64,000 nt of DNA from a virus (Duplodnaviria; Caudoviricetes), in the IMG/VR virus record IMGVR_UViG_2588253904_000003, positions 1-64,000 of that record; one strand, given 5' to 3'. The notes beneath the pieces are model-generated. The model did not search any database, had not been told where the DNA came from, and worked only from the letters and a program-made list of their open reading frames with translations. Below, one piece after another: positions 1-9,272 of the stretch. The translations under genes and the position numbers were made by a program. Positions within the stretch are counted from its first letter, which is position 1. Each line of letters opens with the position of its first letter.

Positions 1-303
1 TTAGATTGTGACCGTTGTCTTAGACAGTTCCCACAATGGTTTTTGATCCAAATATTGTTGATTTAACCACTCTGCTGCCTGAAAAACGCCTTCAGATGTA
101 AAGTCAAATTCCCTGCGCTGCTTTTTTGCCTCTTCGGTTTTGGCATAGCATAAAGGTTCCGGCCAGATAATCACCTCAAGCCTTGCCCCTTCTTCTTTTT
201 CTTTCTTCTTCAGCATATAGCGCATCCCATCCATGCTACCGCAGTATTCTTCTTTTTTTACATAGTTTAGTACATTGAATTTTTCTTTATCTATCATTGC
301 CAC
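1..303 (-). CDS. Conserved hypothetical protein, probably a host gene flanking the phage-derived locus
   Basis: 100 aa ORF with no phage-like features recognised; host origin is inferred. Confidence 0.6.
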   Translation of the reverse strand: MAMIDKEKFNVLNYVKKEEYCGSMDGMRYMLKKKEKEEGARLEVIIWPEPLCYAKTEEAKKQRREFDFTSEGVFQAAEWLNQQYLDQKPLWELSKTTVTI

Positions 304-341
304 CCTCTGCTAACATATCATAGAAAAAGAATAACACATTT

Positions 342-1736
342 TCACAACTTTGTAAGCAGAAACCTTTCAAATGCCTCCCTCATATATCTAAAATTCTTTT
401 TCTGGTCCGGAAAATATGTATTATTCTTTTCTGCATACTCCGCAAGCCAATCATCCAAATCCTGATCTTCCTTATAAGAATAAACCACCATTGCAAGAAG
501 GGAAAGCCTGTTTTGTTTATCTAACAGCTTCGAACCTAACTTTATGGTTTTTTCCTCCAGGTCATTTAATGTCTCATGATAAAGGCTGATATCCTTCTCC
601 AATGTTTCTTTATCTATTTCCAGAGTTTCAGTCAAAAATAATATTTCATCAAAATTGTTCTTTTTGCCATTTGTTTTTTGCCTGTTATTATTTTTAGCAC
701 AAAGAAATTTCTCCATCAGGCAATTTAACATTTCCAGCTTTTCCGTAATGACAGCCTTGTCCTTTGTGCTTAAATCCCTGTCAATTTCATCAAACAAAAG
801 TCCTTTTTCATTTCTTTCAGAAAGCCTCAGATCTTCTTTAAATTTCCTCAAAAATTCAGCAAATCTCTGATCCTTGATTCCAAGGAACGTAAACTTGTCA
901 AATAAGGCAAGAAAAAGAAACGCATCCTTTTTATTAAAAAGACTTCTGATATCTTCTGTGACCACATGCTCTAATCTGTGCAGATTATCTGTCAGCTTAT
1001 CAAACTCTTCCTTAGATGCATTTTCATTCAGATACCTGCAAAGGGCTTTGGGCTGCTTTTTCCACTTGTCCAAATGATTGGTACACATAATGGTATCAGT
1101 AATTACCCGCTCAATTACACCTTTTGTCTTTTCAGGTTCTGAAAAACTACTACAATCCAGAAAAAAACGACAGTTTAAAATTTCACGTATATTTCCAGCA
1201 AATTTATCAATATAAGTAAATGCCTTCTGATCTGTATTCATGGGTGTGTGGTTATTGTATCTTTTGATATATTTTGAAATCCTATGGCTGTCGCAATTTT
1301 CATGGATAATTGTTTCCAACTGATATTCATTAAATCTCTTTTTCAATTCTTCCGGAAGCTTTTCATAAGTTTTATTTTTAATGTCGAATACTGCATCCTC
1401 CCAGTCTATGCTTCCATCTTCCCTTTTTACTTTTTTCTTATAAAAAATAATAGAATCTTCAATGGCAGATGTAACCTTATAATTTCCATTACGAAAGCTG
1501 TTTAACGCCGCACTTCTACAGCCGCCATCCGTAATATGTAATTGTGAGCTGCTTTCCTCCCCTAAAATAATAGGCGGAATATATTCATCAGCAAGAACTG
1601 TTACAATCAGCTCATTAATCTGTTCTTTATTCCAGACAAAGTTCCTTTGAACATCTGCATTATTGTCAATATCTCCATCCTCTATTTTACTCAAATACAT
1701 TTCCAATGTATAAATCTGCTTTCGTGGTCTTGCCAT
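342..1736 (-). CDS. DUF262 (ParB/Srx-like, GmrS-type) domain protein
   Basis: N-terminal QRNFVW...IPPIIL...ITDGGCR motifs; RBS GGAGG before ATG 1736 (MARPRK). Confidence 0.7.
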   Translation of the reverse strand: MARPRKQIYTLEMYLSKIEDGDIDNNADVQRNFVWNKEQINELIVTVLADEYIPPIILGEESSSQLHITDGGCRSAALNSFRNGNYKVTSAIEDSIIFYKKKVKREDGSIDWEDAVFDIKNKTYEKLPEELKKRFNEYQLETIIHENCDSHRISKYIKRYNNHTPMNTDQKAFTYIDKFAGNIREILNCRFFLDCSSFSEPEKTKGVIERVITDTIMCTNHLDKWKKQPKALCRYLNENASKEEFDKLTDNLHRLEHVVTEDIRSLFNKKDAFLFLALFDKFTFLGIKDQRFAEFLRKFKEDLRLSERNEKGLLFDEIDRDLSTKDKAVITEKLEMLNCLMEKFLCAKNNNRQKTNGKKNNFDEILFLTETLEIDKETLEKDISLYHETLNDLEEKTIKLGSKLLDKQNRLSLLAMVVYSYKEDQDLDDWLAEYAEKNNTYFPDQKKNFRYMREAFERFLLTKL

Positions 1737-1755
1737 TTTTCTTCCTCCCTGCATC

Positions 1756-2313
1756 TTAAAGCAATACAGATATATTCCTGTAAGAACGGATTGCTGCATT
1801 ACAATCTGCAAACTGCTTATTGCTGATCTGTAACTTTTCTTTTATTTCAACAGGAGAATAACCTATCACCTCCAAATGCAGTATTTTTCTCTGAAGGAGG
1901 GAAAGCCTGCCAAGATAAAGCAGCATTCTTTTACTGTATCTTTCTCCCTGTTTTCTTATAATCTCCTGTTCCATATTAAATTCATCTGCAATTACATCTT
2001 TTAAAGTGGAATCCTCATCATCTCCAACAGGCGTGTCAATGGAAATAATGCATCTCTTTACTTTACGTTTTTCACGATTTCTTCTTGTCATCTCCGATTT
2101 TATTCTATTTGACAGGCATGCGTACAAAAATACATCAAATGACTGAGAACGATCATACCGTTTTAATGCATCTGTAAACACCTCATTTGCAAGAGAGTAG
2201 AAATCATCTCTGTCCTTATCCGATATACCGCCAAACTTCCGTAATATTCTGTCAACCACCTTATGAAGTTTTTCCCCATTGTCATTATAATAGTCTGCTA
2301 ATATCTGTTCCAT
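1756..2313 (-). CDS. Sigma-70 family alternative sigma factor (phage type)
   Basis: DDFYSLANEVF...YDRSQSFDVFLY (region 2), ISIDTPV, C-terminal GYSPVEIKEKL helix-turn-helix. Confidence 0.75.
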   Translation of the reverse strand: MEQILADYYNDNGEKLHKVVDRILRKFGGISDKDRDDFYSLANEVFTDALKRYDRSQSFDVFLYACLSNRIKSEMTRRNREKRKVKRCIISIDTPVGDDEDSTLKDVIADEFNMEQEIIRKQGERYSKRMLLYLGRLSLLQRKILHLEVIGYSPVEIKEKLQISNKQFADCNAAIRSYRNISVLL

Positions 2314-2349
2314 TTTTAATTACCTTTCTTTCCTTTGCTTGTAATCATT

Positions 2350-2378
2350 AGTATAGAACATACGTTTGTGCTTGTCAA
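2350..2378 (-). promoter_or_regulatory. sigmaA promoter of the sigma/DUF262 operon
   Basis: Minus strand TTGACA (2378-2373), 17 nt spacer, TATACT (2355-2350). Confidence 0.8.
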
Positions 2379-2401
2379 TATATTTTTCGAACGTTTGTTT
2401 G
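2355..2401. promoter_or_regulatory. Two Gram-positive LexA (SOS/Cheo) box-like operators
   Basis: AGAAC-ATAC-GTTTG at 2355-2368 (in the promoter spacer) and CGAAC-GTTT-GTTTG at 2388-2401, compared with consensus CGAAC-N4-GTTCG. Confidence 0.7.
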
Positions 2402-2544
2402 TTTGTAAATCTTTTTTCCCTTTTGGCAGTGCCGGAATTCTTCGTCCCCACGCTTCCGCTCCATAAAAGTAATTTTTGCTCACTCAAAAAACAAATGGAG
2501 AAATAGTAATTAGAGGGATATGAAAGGAGGAAGAGAAACAACAA

Positions 2545-2730
2545 ATGGATGTACCCATTACAGATCACACCACCTTTGGAGGGAAAATCTTTTTTACAGA
2601 TTTTGACAGGAAAACTACATTAGCGGAAGTAGCGGAAAAAATTATTTCCGACAGAAAATTTGACCAGCAATGCATAAAAAACATGGAAATCCGAAGGGAA
2701 TGGAAAAAAACTTGTTGTGCGCAACAGTAA
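2545..2730 (+). CDS. Small hypothetical protein
   Basis: 61 aa ORF with AAGGAGG upstream. Confidence 0.5.
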   Translation: MDVPITDHTTFGGKIFFTDFDRKTTLAEVAEKIISDRKFDQQCIKNMEIRREWKKTCCAQQ

Positions 2731-2751
2731 ACGCAGAAAGGGAGGAAAACA

Positions 2752-3134
2752 TGTATCAAATTATAAAAGAAGGCTATACCATCAGGATCAAGCTGCCGGC
2801 AAAATGCGGGCAGGAAGGTTATTCCGTAAAATGTACCTACAAATATAAAAAGGCAAAAGAAAAATATATGCTTGCCCTATGGCTGAAACGGGATGATATT
2901 GAGGAGGATTTCAGAATTGACGCGCAGGAAATTGATGCCCAGCTGATTCCGGGAACAAGAGAAACCATTGAAAACAATATATTAAGAATCGTAAGGCATG
3001 CATATGAAACTGGTTATTTTGACCGTTATATCAAGCGGTTTGAATATACCTGCAAGTGCTTTGAAAAAGGAAACGAACTGATTGAGCAGGAAATAGAAAA
3101 CAAACGGGAAAGGGAGGCGGCTGACCATCAATAA
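2752..3134 (+). CDS. Hypothetical protein
   Basis: RBS GGGAGG before ATG 2752 (MYQIIKEG). Confidence 0.7.
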
Positions 3135-5748
3135 TACGCAATATACGCTTATAAAAATCCCCCTCAAAGATCTGATTTCAAAAAAATTTAATCTGTCAAT
3201 TGATAAAGAAGCTGAGCTTCAAAAAGGTTATCTGATCACGCAGGAAAGCTCCCTGCTTCTTGATCAGATTGAGCGGCTTCGCGAAAAACCTTCCTTACAT
3301 GTCAGTGAAATGATCCTTGTTGTGGCAAAAAAGAATCCCCGACAGGAAAAGGAACTCCGCCACATTTTAAATAATGGTTTCTTCTATAATGGAGTCCATT
3401 ATTCCAGATTCGGAAAATCCGCCTCACAGGCAAAGGAAGGAATTACCGCTTTTGTGTGTGACACCATTTTTGATGAATTATATCAAATAACCCAGATGGA
3501 TCTTCCGGTGAGGGAATGCGTAATTTCCAAATATGAAGCACAAAGATGCCTTTTATTTAGTTCCTGCACTTTGATACCTGACTATATGCCGAATATTGTT
3601 ATTATCGGCGAATATGAAAAAATTCTCCCAAATCAACTGATCAAATTTGTTGTGGAAAGGGAAAAAGAATTTACCGATAAGGCTACGGGTAAAAAGAAGA
3701 CATATCTGGCAAAGGAAATTGAAGAAGGTTATAAAGATTTAACGCTGTCTTTCTTTGACGGATGCGGCTGCCACGAACAGGAATTCATGGAAAAGGTAAG
3801 CGGGCAATTAGGACTGGATTACAATGCAGCAGGCGTACAGATACGTCTTCCCTTTATAAAAGGCTATTCTGTTTACGTTCCTTTCAGAAAGATACTAAAA
3901 GAATGGGGCTGTGAGTTTATCACAGACATTTATGGCACCAGACATCCCATTGACACCATTGACTGCATCTGGAACACCTCCATGTTTAAAGGCTGCAGGC
4001 TTTTTAAGGAAGCCTATGGCAGTAACGCATGGAAAGAATACCTGAACACCCTAAAAAAATACCATTTTAAATTAGGAATCAGTAAGTACAGTCATCACAT
4101 CAAAGATAGAAACAAATACACCCGCATGAATTTTCAGTATCTGCAGTGCTTAGACCTTTGGAACCCCAAATATATTGAACATTTTCAGCAAAGGAAACCG
4201 GATAATTATGATATTCTGGACAGTAAAAATGATGGAAAAATCATTCAGCTGGCCAGATACACCACCCAGCTTTATGAAAGAATTATCAAAGGCGAACCCT
4301 TTTATACTTACAAATTTATGGGAATTCATGATACCAACGGACATGAACCGGAAAGCAAATATCTGGAGGCTGCGCTTATCAATGACGCCATGCTGAAAGA
4401 TCCTGCCATCAAACAATTTATCTACAGAAAGCTGAAAAAAGCAATTCATGAAGCAAAGGTGGGAAAAATCTACTGTTCCGGATTTTATCATACCGGCGTT
4501 GGAGATATGATCGGCTATCTGCAATATGCTGCCGGTCAAAAGCCTGTCGGATGTTTAAGGGAAGGGGAATTGTACAGCGGAAATTTTGCTCCCGGCACTG
4601 TTTTATCCTTCCGCTCTCCCTTAGTAGATCCTTCGGAGGTTAATCGAATAAAGATCGTCCAAAATGATGTGCTTTTAAAATGGTTTGGGCACTTTAAGGA
4701 TCAGGATATTGTTATGTTTAACATGTATGATGCCTCCCTCCCCCAACAGGGAGGGGCTGACTGCGATGGCGACATTTTTCTGCTGACAGACGATCCTGTT
4801 CTGACTGCTTCCAAAATTGAAAAACACATCATTCTTGATCTGGAAGATAAAATAACCATTTCTCCAAAGCCCTACACAAAAGCCAATCTTACGGAATACG
4901 AGCTTATGACAAGGGACAGCCGGATTGGTGAAATCACCAATGCCGCCACAAGCATTATAAACAAATACACTGCTGGCAGCGACATCCAGAAACTGTATTC
5001 CGATTTCACTTCGCTGCTTCGGGTTTTTCAGGGAAAAGAAATCGATTTTCTGAAAACCGGTTTCCGCTGGCACATGAATAATGGTCTTAAAAAGCATTTA
5101 GATCAGCTTCCTTTCTTTTTGCTTTACAATTATCCAGCAAAGCTAAAGAAATATAAAGCAATTATGGAGAAAAACAAACAACTAAAAAATGGAGAAGAAA
5201 AGTTAATTCCCAACGCCTACCACTCCCCTTCCCCTATGAATGAGCTTTGTGATTATATTTGCACATGGGAAAAGAAACATATTCTTTGGGAACATGACAT
5301 TCATTCCCTGGATCACATCAAAAATTTAATTTTAAACAAAAACATAGCGCTCTCAGACAAAACTTCCCTGCGGATCTGCCGGAGGTTTATCAATCAATAC
5401 GCCGCCCAATTAAAGGAACAGCTGGAAAAAGAATGCACTGCTGCAGAATCTTCCCTTTTTTTAGACGCTGTAGTGGAAGAATACAAAAAGCAGTTAAAAT
5501 CGGTTCTGAACATGGAAGAGGAATTCATTGCCAACTATGTGATCTGCGCTTCCTATGCTTCCGTATCCATCAGCAAGGCTTTTGCATGGGCTGCCTACGG
5601 CGATTATATCATTGAAAATCTGCAAAGCAACACTGCGTCAAAAGAAAATGTTTCTATCAGGGAAGTTCCCCGAAAAACAGAAACCTCCTATGAATATCTT
5701 GGAAAATATTATGAATTTAAGGCAGGTGATACCGATTTACCAATGTGA
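3127..5748 (+). CDS. YonO-like single-subunit RNA polymerase (homologue of eukaryotic RdRP)
   Basis: Catalytic GGADCDGD (DxDGD) plus DGCG, QIRLPFIKG, FRSPL, IGEITN and EIDFLKTG blocks. The frame is open upstream of ATG 3310 to ATC 3127/CTG 3121, behind GGAGG at 3113-3117. Confidence 0.85.
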   Translation: MNNTQYTLIKIPLKDLISKKFNLSIDKEAELQKGYLITQESSLLLDQIERLREKPSLHVSEMILVVAKKNPRQEKELRHILNNGFFYNGVHYSRFGKSASQAKEGITAFVCDTIFDELYQITQMDLPVRECVISKYEAQRCLLFSSCTLIPDYMPNIVIIGEYEKILPNQLIKFVVEREKEFTDKATGKKKTYLAKEIEEGYKDLTLSFFDGCGCHEQEFMEKVSGQLGLDYNAAGVQIRLPFIKGYSVYVPFRKILKEWGCEFITDIYGTRHPIDTIDCIWNTSMFKGCRLFKEAYGSNAWKEYLNTLKKYHFKLGISKYSHHIKDRNKYTRMNFQYLQCLDLWNPKYIEHFQQRKPDNYDILDSKNDGKIIQLARYTTQLYERIIKGEPFYTYKFMGIHDTNGHEPESKYLEAALINDAMLKDPAIKQFIYRKLKKAIHEAKVGKIYCSGFYHTGVGDMIGYLQYAAGQKPVGCLREGELYSGNFAPGTVLSFRSPLVDPSEVNRIKIVQNDVLLKWFGHFKDQDIVMFNMYDASLPQQGGADCDGDIFLLTDDPVLTASKIEKHIILDLEDKITISPKPYTKANLTEYELMTRDSRIGEITNAATSIINKYTAGSDIQKLYSDFTSLLRVFQGKEIDFLKTGFRWHMNNGLKKHLDQLPFFLLYNYPAKLKKYKAIMEKNKQLKNGEEKLIPNAYHSPSPMNELCDYICTWEKKHILWEHDIHSLDHIKNLILNKNIALSDKTSLRICRRFINQYAAQLKEQLEKECTAAESSLFLDAVVEEYKKQLKSVLNMEEEFIANYVICASYASVSISKAFAWAAYGDYIIENLQSNTASKENVSIREVPRKTETSYEYLGKYYEFKAGDTDLPM

Positions 5749-6610
5749 CGAAATGTTTCTTTATGAAATAATTGAAGATTACAAGCAGGCAGAATCATCA
5801 GCAGAAAAGGATGAAATTTTTCACGCCTTCTGCACACTTCTCTGGTCTTCCGCCAATCAAAGAAGAACCTGCAGAAAGTCCATCCGTTTCCAGATTCCGG
5901 ATCACCTTCTTTCCACAAGACTTGGACAAGTTTTTCTCACCTGGTCGGACGTGGAATATAACCATTACAAATCCATGACCAAAAAGGAAGACTGGTGTTC
6001 TATCATCCGGCAGAAAGTCAATAACCTTTACACCAGATATTTTGATCAGGAAGTAATTTTAAACAAAGAATACATGGATCTGCTAAAAACACCAAAACGG
6101 TTATTTTATCAGTGGATCTCAGGAATTGACATGGACGCTGACCTTGTGACGGAAATGATTGATGATGCAATTGCCCGTTCTGAAAAGGTAAAAAAGAAAC
6201 TTCAGGCGGAAAAAATGGTTTTATCCTGGGCGGAATATAAAAAAGTGATCGAAGGGTTTTTAAGAAAGTCCTTAGAATGCTGCAGGCTGATCGAAGAATA
6301 TGAGAACAAGAATAAAATAATTACCGACCTGGATTTTCTGACGGAAGATCATTTCTATATTGGATACATCTGCAAACGGCTGGAAGGAAATATGAAGGAT
6401 TATCAAAAAGCCTATTACGGATTAAAGTCCGGTTCCCGAAAAGGATATACCCGCTGCAAGCTATGCGGTGCCCTGATTGAAAAAACAGGAAACAAGCGGA
6501 TGTATTGCAGAAAATGTGCTCTTATAAGAAAAAAGGAATCCAACAAAAAATCAGACCAGTCCTACAAAATAAAGCTGCGAGAAAATAAAAATCTTTTATT
6601 TCCCCTGTGA
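5726..6610 (+). CDS. Hypothetical protein with C-terminal Zn ribbon, possibly an RNAP accessory factor
   Basis: C-terminal CKLC...YCRKC; overlaps the end of the RNAP gene; start uncertain (GTG/ATT near 5726-5735). Confidence 0.55.
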   Translation: MIPIYQCDEMFLYEIIEDYKQAESSAEKDEIFHAFCTLLWSSANQRRTCRKSIRFQIPDHLLSTRLGQVFLTWSDVEYNHYKSMTKKEDWCSIIRQKVNNLYTRYFDQEVILNKEYMDLLKTPKRLFYQWISGIDMDADLVTEMIDDAIARSEKVKKKLQAEKMVLSWAEYKKVIEGFLRKSLECCRLIEEYENKNKIITDLDFLTEDHFYIGYICKRLEGNMKDYQKAYYGLKSGSRKGYTRCKLCGALIEKTGNKRMYCRKCALIRKKESNKKSDQSYKIKLRENKNLLFPL

Positions 6611-6705
6611 AATCAAACAAAACCGCTGTTTTTTTGCAGCTATATATCAAATATGGAAATCAAAGAAGTTCTAAGGTAAAACAAGCGCAAAAAGAGGCAA
6701 AATAT

Positions 6706-7521
6706 ATGAATATAACTTTTAGCAAGGCATTTTTAATGTCAGGGGAAGATTTTAAACTTACCTCCTCTATCACCCTGCATCACCCCACAATAAAAGAGAT
6801 TTTATCCATCAGCCAGTCCTCCTCTCCGGATCTGATTTATTGGAGCTACATCCAAATTCTGCTGGCTGATCCCTATCTGAATATGGTGATGCTGGATGAT
6901 ATGGGAAAAAATTATTTAGAAACCTCCCCCTATGAGGTTTTTCATCTCCAATGGGATAACTGCATTGCAAATTATGAGGAAAACAAAGCAGAATATGACG
7001 CTTACCAGATTCATCCCGGGGATCAAATCACAGATGCCCTTCAGTTCTTTATGGTGGAAACACATCATTTTAAAAAAGGATTCTATCAGGATGGAAGTCC
7101 CTGCTTCTATGACGAGGCCGATCCTTCCTGCCAGATTAATCAGGAAATCTTTGAATACATTTATCAGTGGGTAAAAGCAGTCAACAAAATTGACCACTCA
7201 GGCAGAATCCATCCTGCCGATGAAAATGCAAGACGTGTTCTCATTGAAGATATGCGGGAAGAAATCAAAAAAGCAAAAAGACGGAAGAAAAAGAAGGAGG
7301 AGGACTTTGACCTTTTAGGAAGTCTGATGGCTGCCGGCTGCTTTTGCGGCAATGGTTCTATTTCCCCCTTTCAAATAGGTGACTGCAAAATTTACTGGCT
7401 AAATGAAGCCCTTTCCCTCAATAACAGGAAAGATTACGCCAATCACCTGCTGGACGGTATTTATCACGGAACACTCCGTTTTAAGGACATTAATAAAAAA
7501 GAATTAGACTGGTTGAAATGA
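6706..7521 (+). CDS. Hypothetical phage-type protein, possibly tail assembly related
   Basis: ORF with likely ATG 6706, directly upstream of the tail tube gene. Confidence 0.5.
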   Translation: MNITFSKAFLMSGEDFKLTSSITLHHPTIKEILSISQSSSPDLIYWSYIQILLADPYLNMVMLDDMGKNYLETSPYEVFHLQWDNCIANYEENKAEYDAYQIHPGDQITDALQFFMVETHHFKKGFYQDGSPCFYDEADPSCQINQEIFEYIYQWVKAVNKIDHSGRIHPADENARRVLIEDMREEIKKAKRRKKKKEEDFDLLGSLMAAGCFCGNGSISPFQIGDCKIYWLNEALSLNNRKDYANHLLDGIYHGTLRFKDINKKELDWLK

Positions 7522-7538
7522 TTGGTCTTTTCTTATAA

Positions 7539-7710
7539 AAAACAAGGAGGATAAATCCTCCCCTCGCCAAAGAGGCTCGGATTTTCCTTCGGAAAACAAG
7601 GAGGTTAAATCCTCTCCTCGCCAAGGGGCTCGGATTTTCCTTCGGAAAACAAGGAGGTTAAATCCTCTCCTCGCCAAGGGGCTCGGATTTTCCTTCGGAA
7701 AACAAGGAGG
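7539..7710 (+). repeat. Tandem 53-54 bp repeat, three copies plus a partial fourth, each with a Shine-Dalgarno sequence
   Basis: Unit AAAACAAGGAGGTTAAATCCTCTCCTCGCCAAGGGGCTCGGATTTTCCTTCGG starting at 7539, 7593 and 7646; the partial copy at 7699 provides the RBS of the 7718 gene. Confidence 0.95.
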
Positions 7711-7717
7711 ATTAAAA

Positions 7718-8521
7718 ATGAAGTACGCATTCAAAAAAGTAAGGAGAATCATCATCAATGATTCCGCAACAAAAAAGCATAAGGTAACCTTAAACGACTT
7801 AAAGAATTTTAAGATTGTAGGCTCACAGGAAACCGTATATGCAGAGGGGCAGGACGGTGCAAAGCTTGCAGCCTTTGACGTAAATAAAGTTGCAAGCATT
7901 ACAGCCGAAAACGGTTCTGTAGATGAAGGTTATCTGGCCCTGCAGGTAGGCTCCGAAGTTGTAAAGGTAACAAACGGTTCCGCCATCTTAATCAGAGAAG
8001 AATTTGAAGTAAAGAGCGGAGAAAATACCATTACATTGTCTTACAAGGCTGCGGGAGCTGCCGGCAATGAAGTAAGGTACCTCTACAAAGCAGATTCCAA
8101 CGGGCTTCCTGGTGATGCTTATACACAGAATGCAGCAGCATCTGCAAAAGAATTTGCCTATGCGCCGGAAATAAAAACAATCACTCTGCCTACAGATGCC
8201 TTTGCAGCAGGCGATACCGTGATCGTGGACTACTATCCTGTGTTCTCTGAATACGAGGAAATTTCCAATGACGCAAACAAGTTCAGCATGGCTGGAGAAG
8301 TAATCGTAGATGCATGGTTTACCGACCTTTGCACTGAAGTAGACGTACCCTTACAGTTATACCTGCCAAAGGGCAAAATTTCCGGAACCATTGATTTGTC
8401 CGCAGGCGATCAGGCTGCTGTTCAGGGAATCGAAATTGAATCCCTTACAAAGGCATGTGCAGGCGACGGCAAAAATCTCTGGACGCTTAGAAAATACGAC
8501 ATGGCCAACGCTGAAAGCTAA
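7718..8521 (+). CDS. Putative major tail tube protein
   Basis: 267 aa, beta-rich and acidic, with strong RBS and a following terminator; position upstream of the TMP. Confidence 0.6.
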   Translation: MKYAFKKVRRIIINDSATKKHKVTLNDLKNFKIVGSQETVYAEGQDGAKLAAFDVNKVASITAENGSVDEGYLALQVGSEVVKVTNGSAILIREEFEVKSGENTITLSYKAAGAAGNEVRYLYKADSNGLPGDAYTQNAAASAKEFAYAPEIKTITLPTDAFAAGDTVIVDYYPVFSEYEEISNDANKFSMAGEVIVDAWFTDLCTEVDVPLQLYLPKGKISGTIDLSAGDQAAVQGIEIESLTKACAGDGKNLWTLRKYDMANAES

Positions 8522-8575
8522 ATCAGCAAATGCAATGGGAAATACGCACTGCGTACTCTCATTACAAATCAATCC

Positions 8576-8601
8576 GGGGCGGCTTATGCCGCCCTTTTTT
8601 T
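8576..8601 (+). terminator. Intrinsic terminator
   Basis: GGGCGGC-TTAT-GCCGCCC followed by a T tract. Confidence 0.85.
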
Positions 8602-8616
8602 ATGAGGTGAAATGTT

Positions 8617-8781
8617 TTGAACAAACCAAATACCGTATGCCGGGTTTGCGGCAAAGAGTACTTCTGCTGTCTGGACAGTAAGCGGATCAGCTCCTGGCGC
8701 GCAATGACCTGCTCTCCTGAATGTTTTCAGGAATATATGGCACGTCTACAAAAAGCCAGAACCCAAATCATTTCCGATTAG
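8617..8781 (+). CDS. 54 aa Cys-rich (Zn-finger-like) protein not in the ORF track
   Basis: GAGGTG RBS, TTG start, MNKPNTVCRVCGKEYFCC...WRAMTCSPECFQEY. Confidence 0.7.
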   Translation: MNKPNTVCRVCGKEYFCCLDSKRISSWRAMTCSPECFQEYMARLQKARTQIISD

Positions 8782-8795
8782 GAGGTGCATATTAT

Positions 8796-9215
8796 ATGAA
8801 TGAAATGATGGAAATTTCAGAAGTGATTAACTATATATTATATATTATTTTAACTGCAGTTCTTCCGGTCGTTGCCGCTTATGCGGTCAGCCTGATCAAA
8901 GCCAAAATCATTGAAAGCGGCCTGATTGCCGATGCTGCCAAAAATGAAGTGATTGGACAAATCATTGAAAGTGCCTTATCTGACGTAATGGATGCTGTCC
9001 TCTATGTCAATCAGGTCTACACTGACTCCCTTAAGGCAAGCGGACGCTTTGATGAAGCTGCACAGAAAGAAGCCTTCAACCGGGCTTATGTAGAAGCCAT
9101 CAATCTGATCTCCGATCAGGCCAAAAAGACAATTGAGCAGTTATATGGTTCTTTCGACAAATGGTTAAAGCTGAAAATAGAAGCTGCTGTAAGTTCAGTT
9201 AAAAAAACTAATTAA
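8796..9215 (+). CDS. Putative holin
   Basis: Single N-terminal TM segment, VNQVYTDSLK...IEAAV pattern, directly upstream of the lysin. Confidence 0.6.
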   Translation: MNEMMEISEVINYILYIILTAVLPVVAAYAVSLIKAKIIESGLIADAAKNEVIGQIIESALSDVMDAVLYVNQVYTDSLKASGRFDEAAQKEAFNRAYVEAINLISDQAKKTIEQLYGSFDKWLKLKIEAAVSSVKKTN

Positions 9216-9272
9216 TATAACATGGGCCTGTATCTGCCAGGTTACAGCTCATATAAGAAAGGTGTGAATCTA

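Noticed and set aside
3310-5748. True RNA-dependent RNA polymerase or RNAi-like system
   Set aside because: The characterised phage homologue YonO is DNA-dependent, and the context is phage late genes
7539-7710. CRISPR array
   Set aside because: Units are contiguous near-identical repeats with no unique spacers, and no cas genes are present
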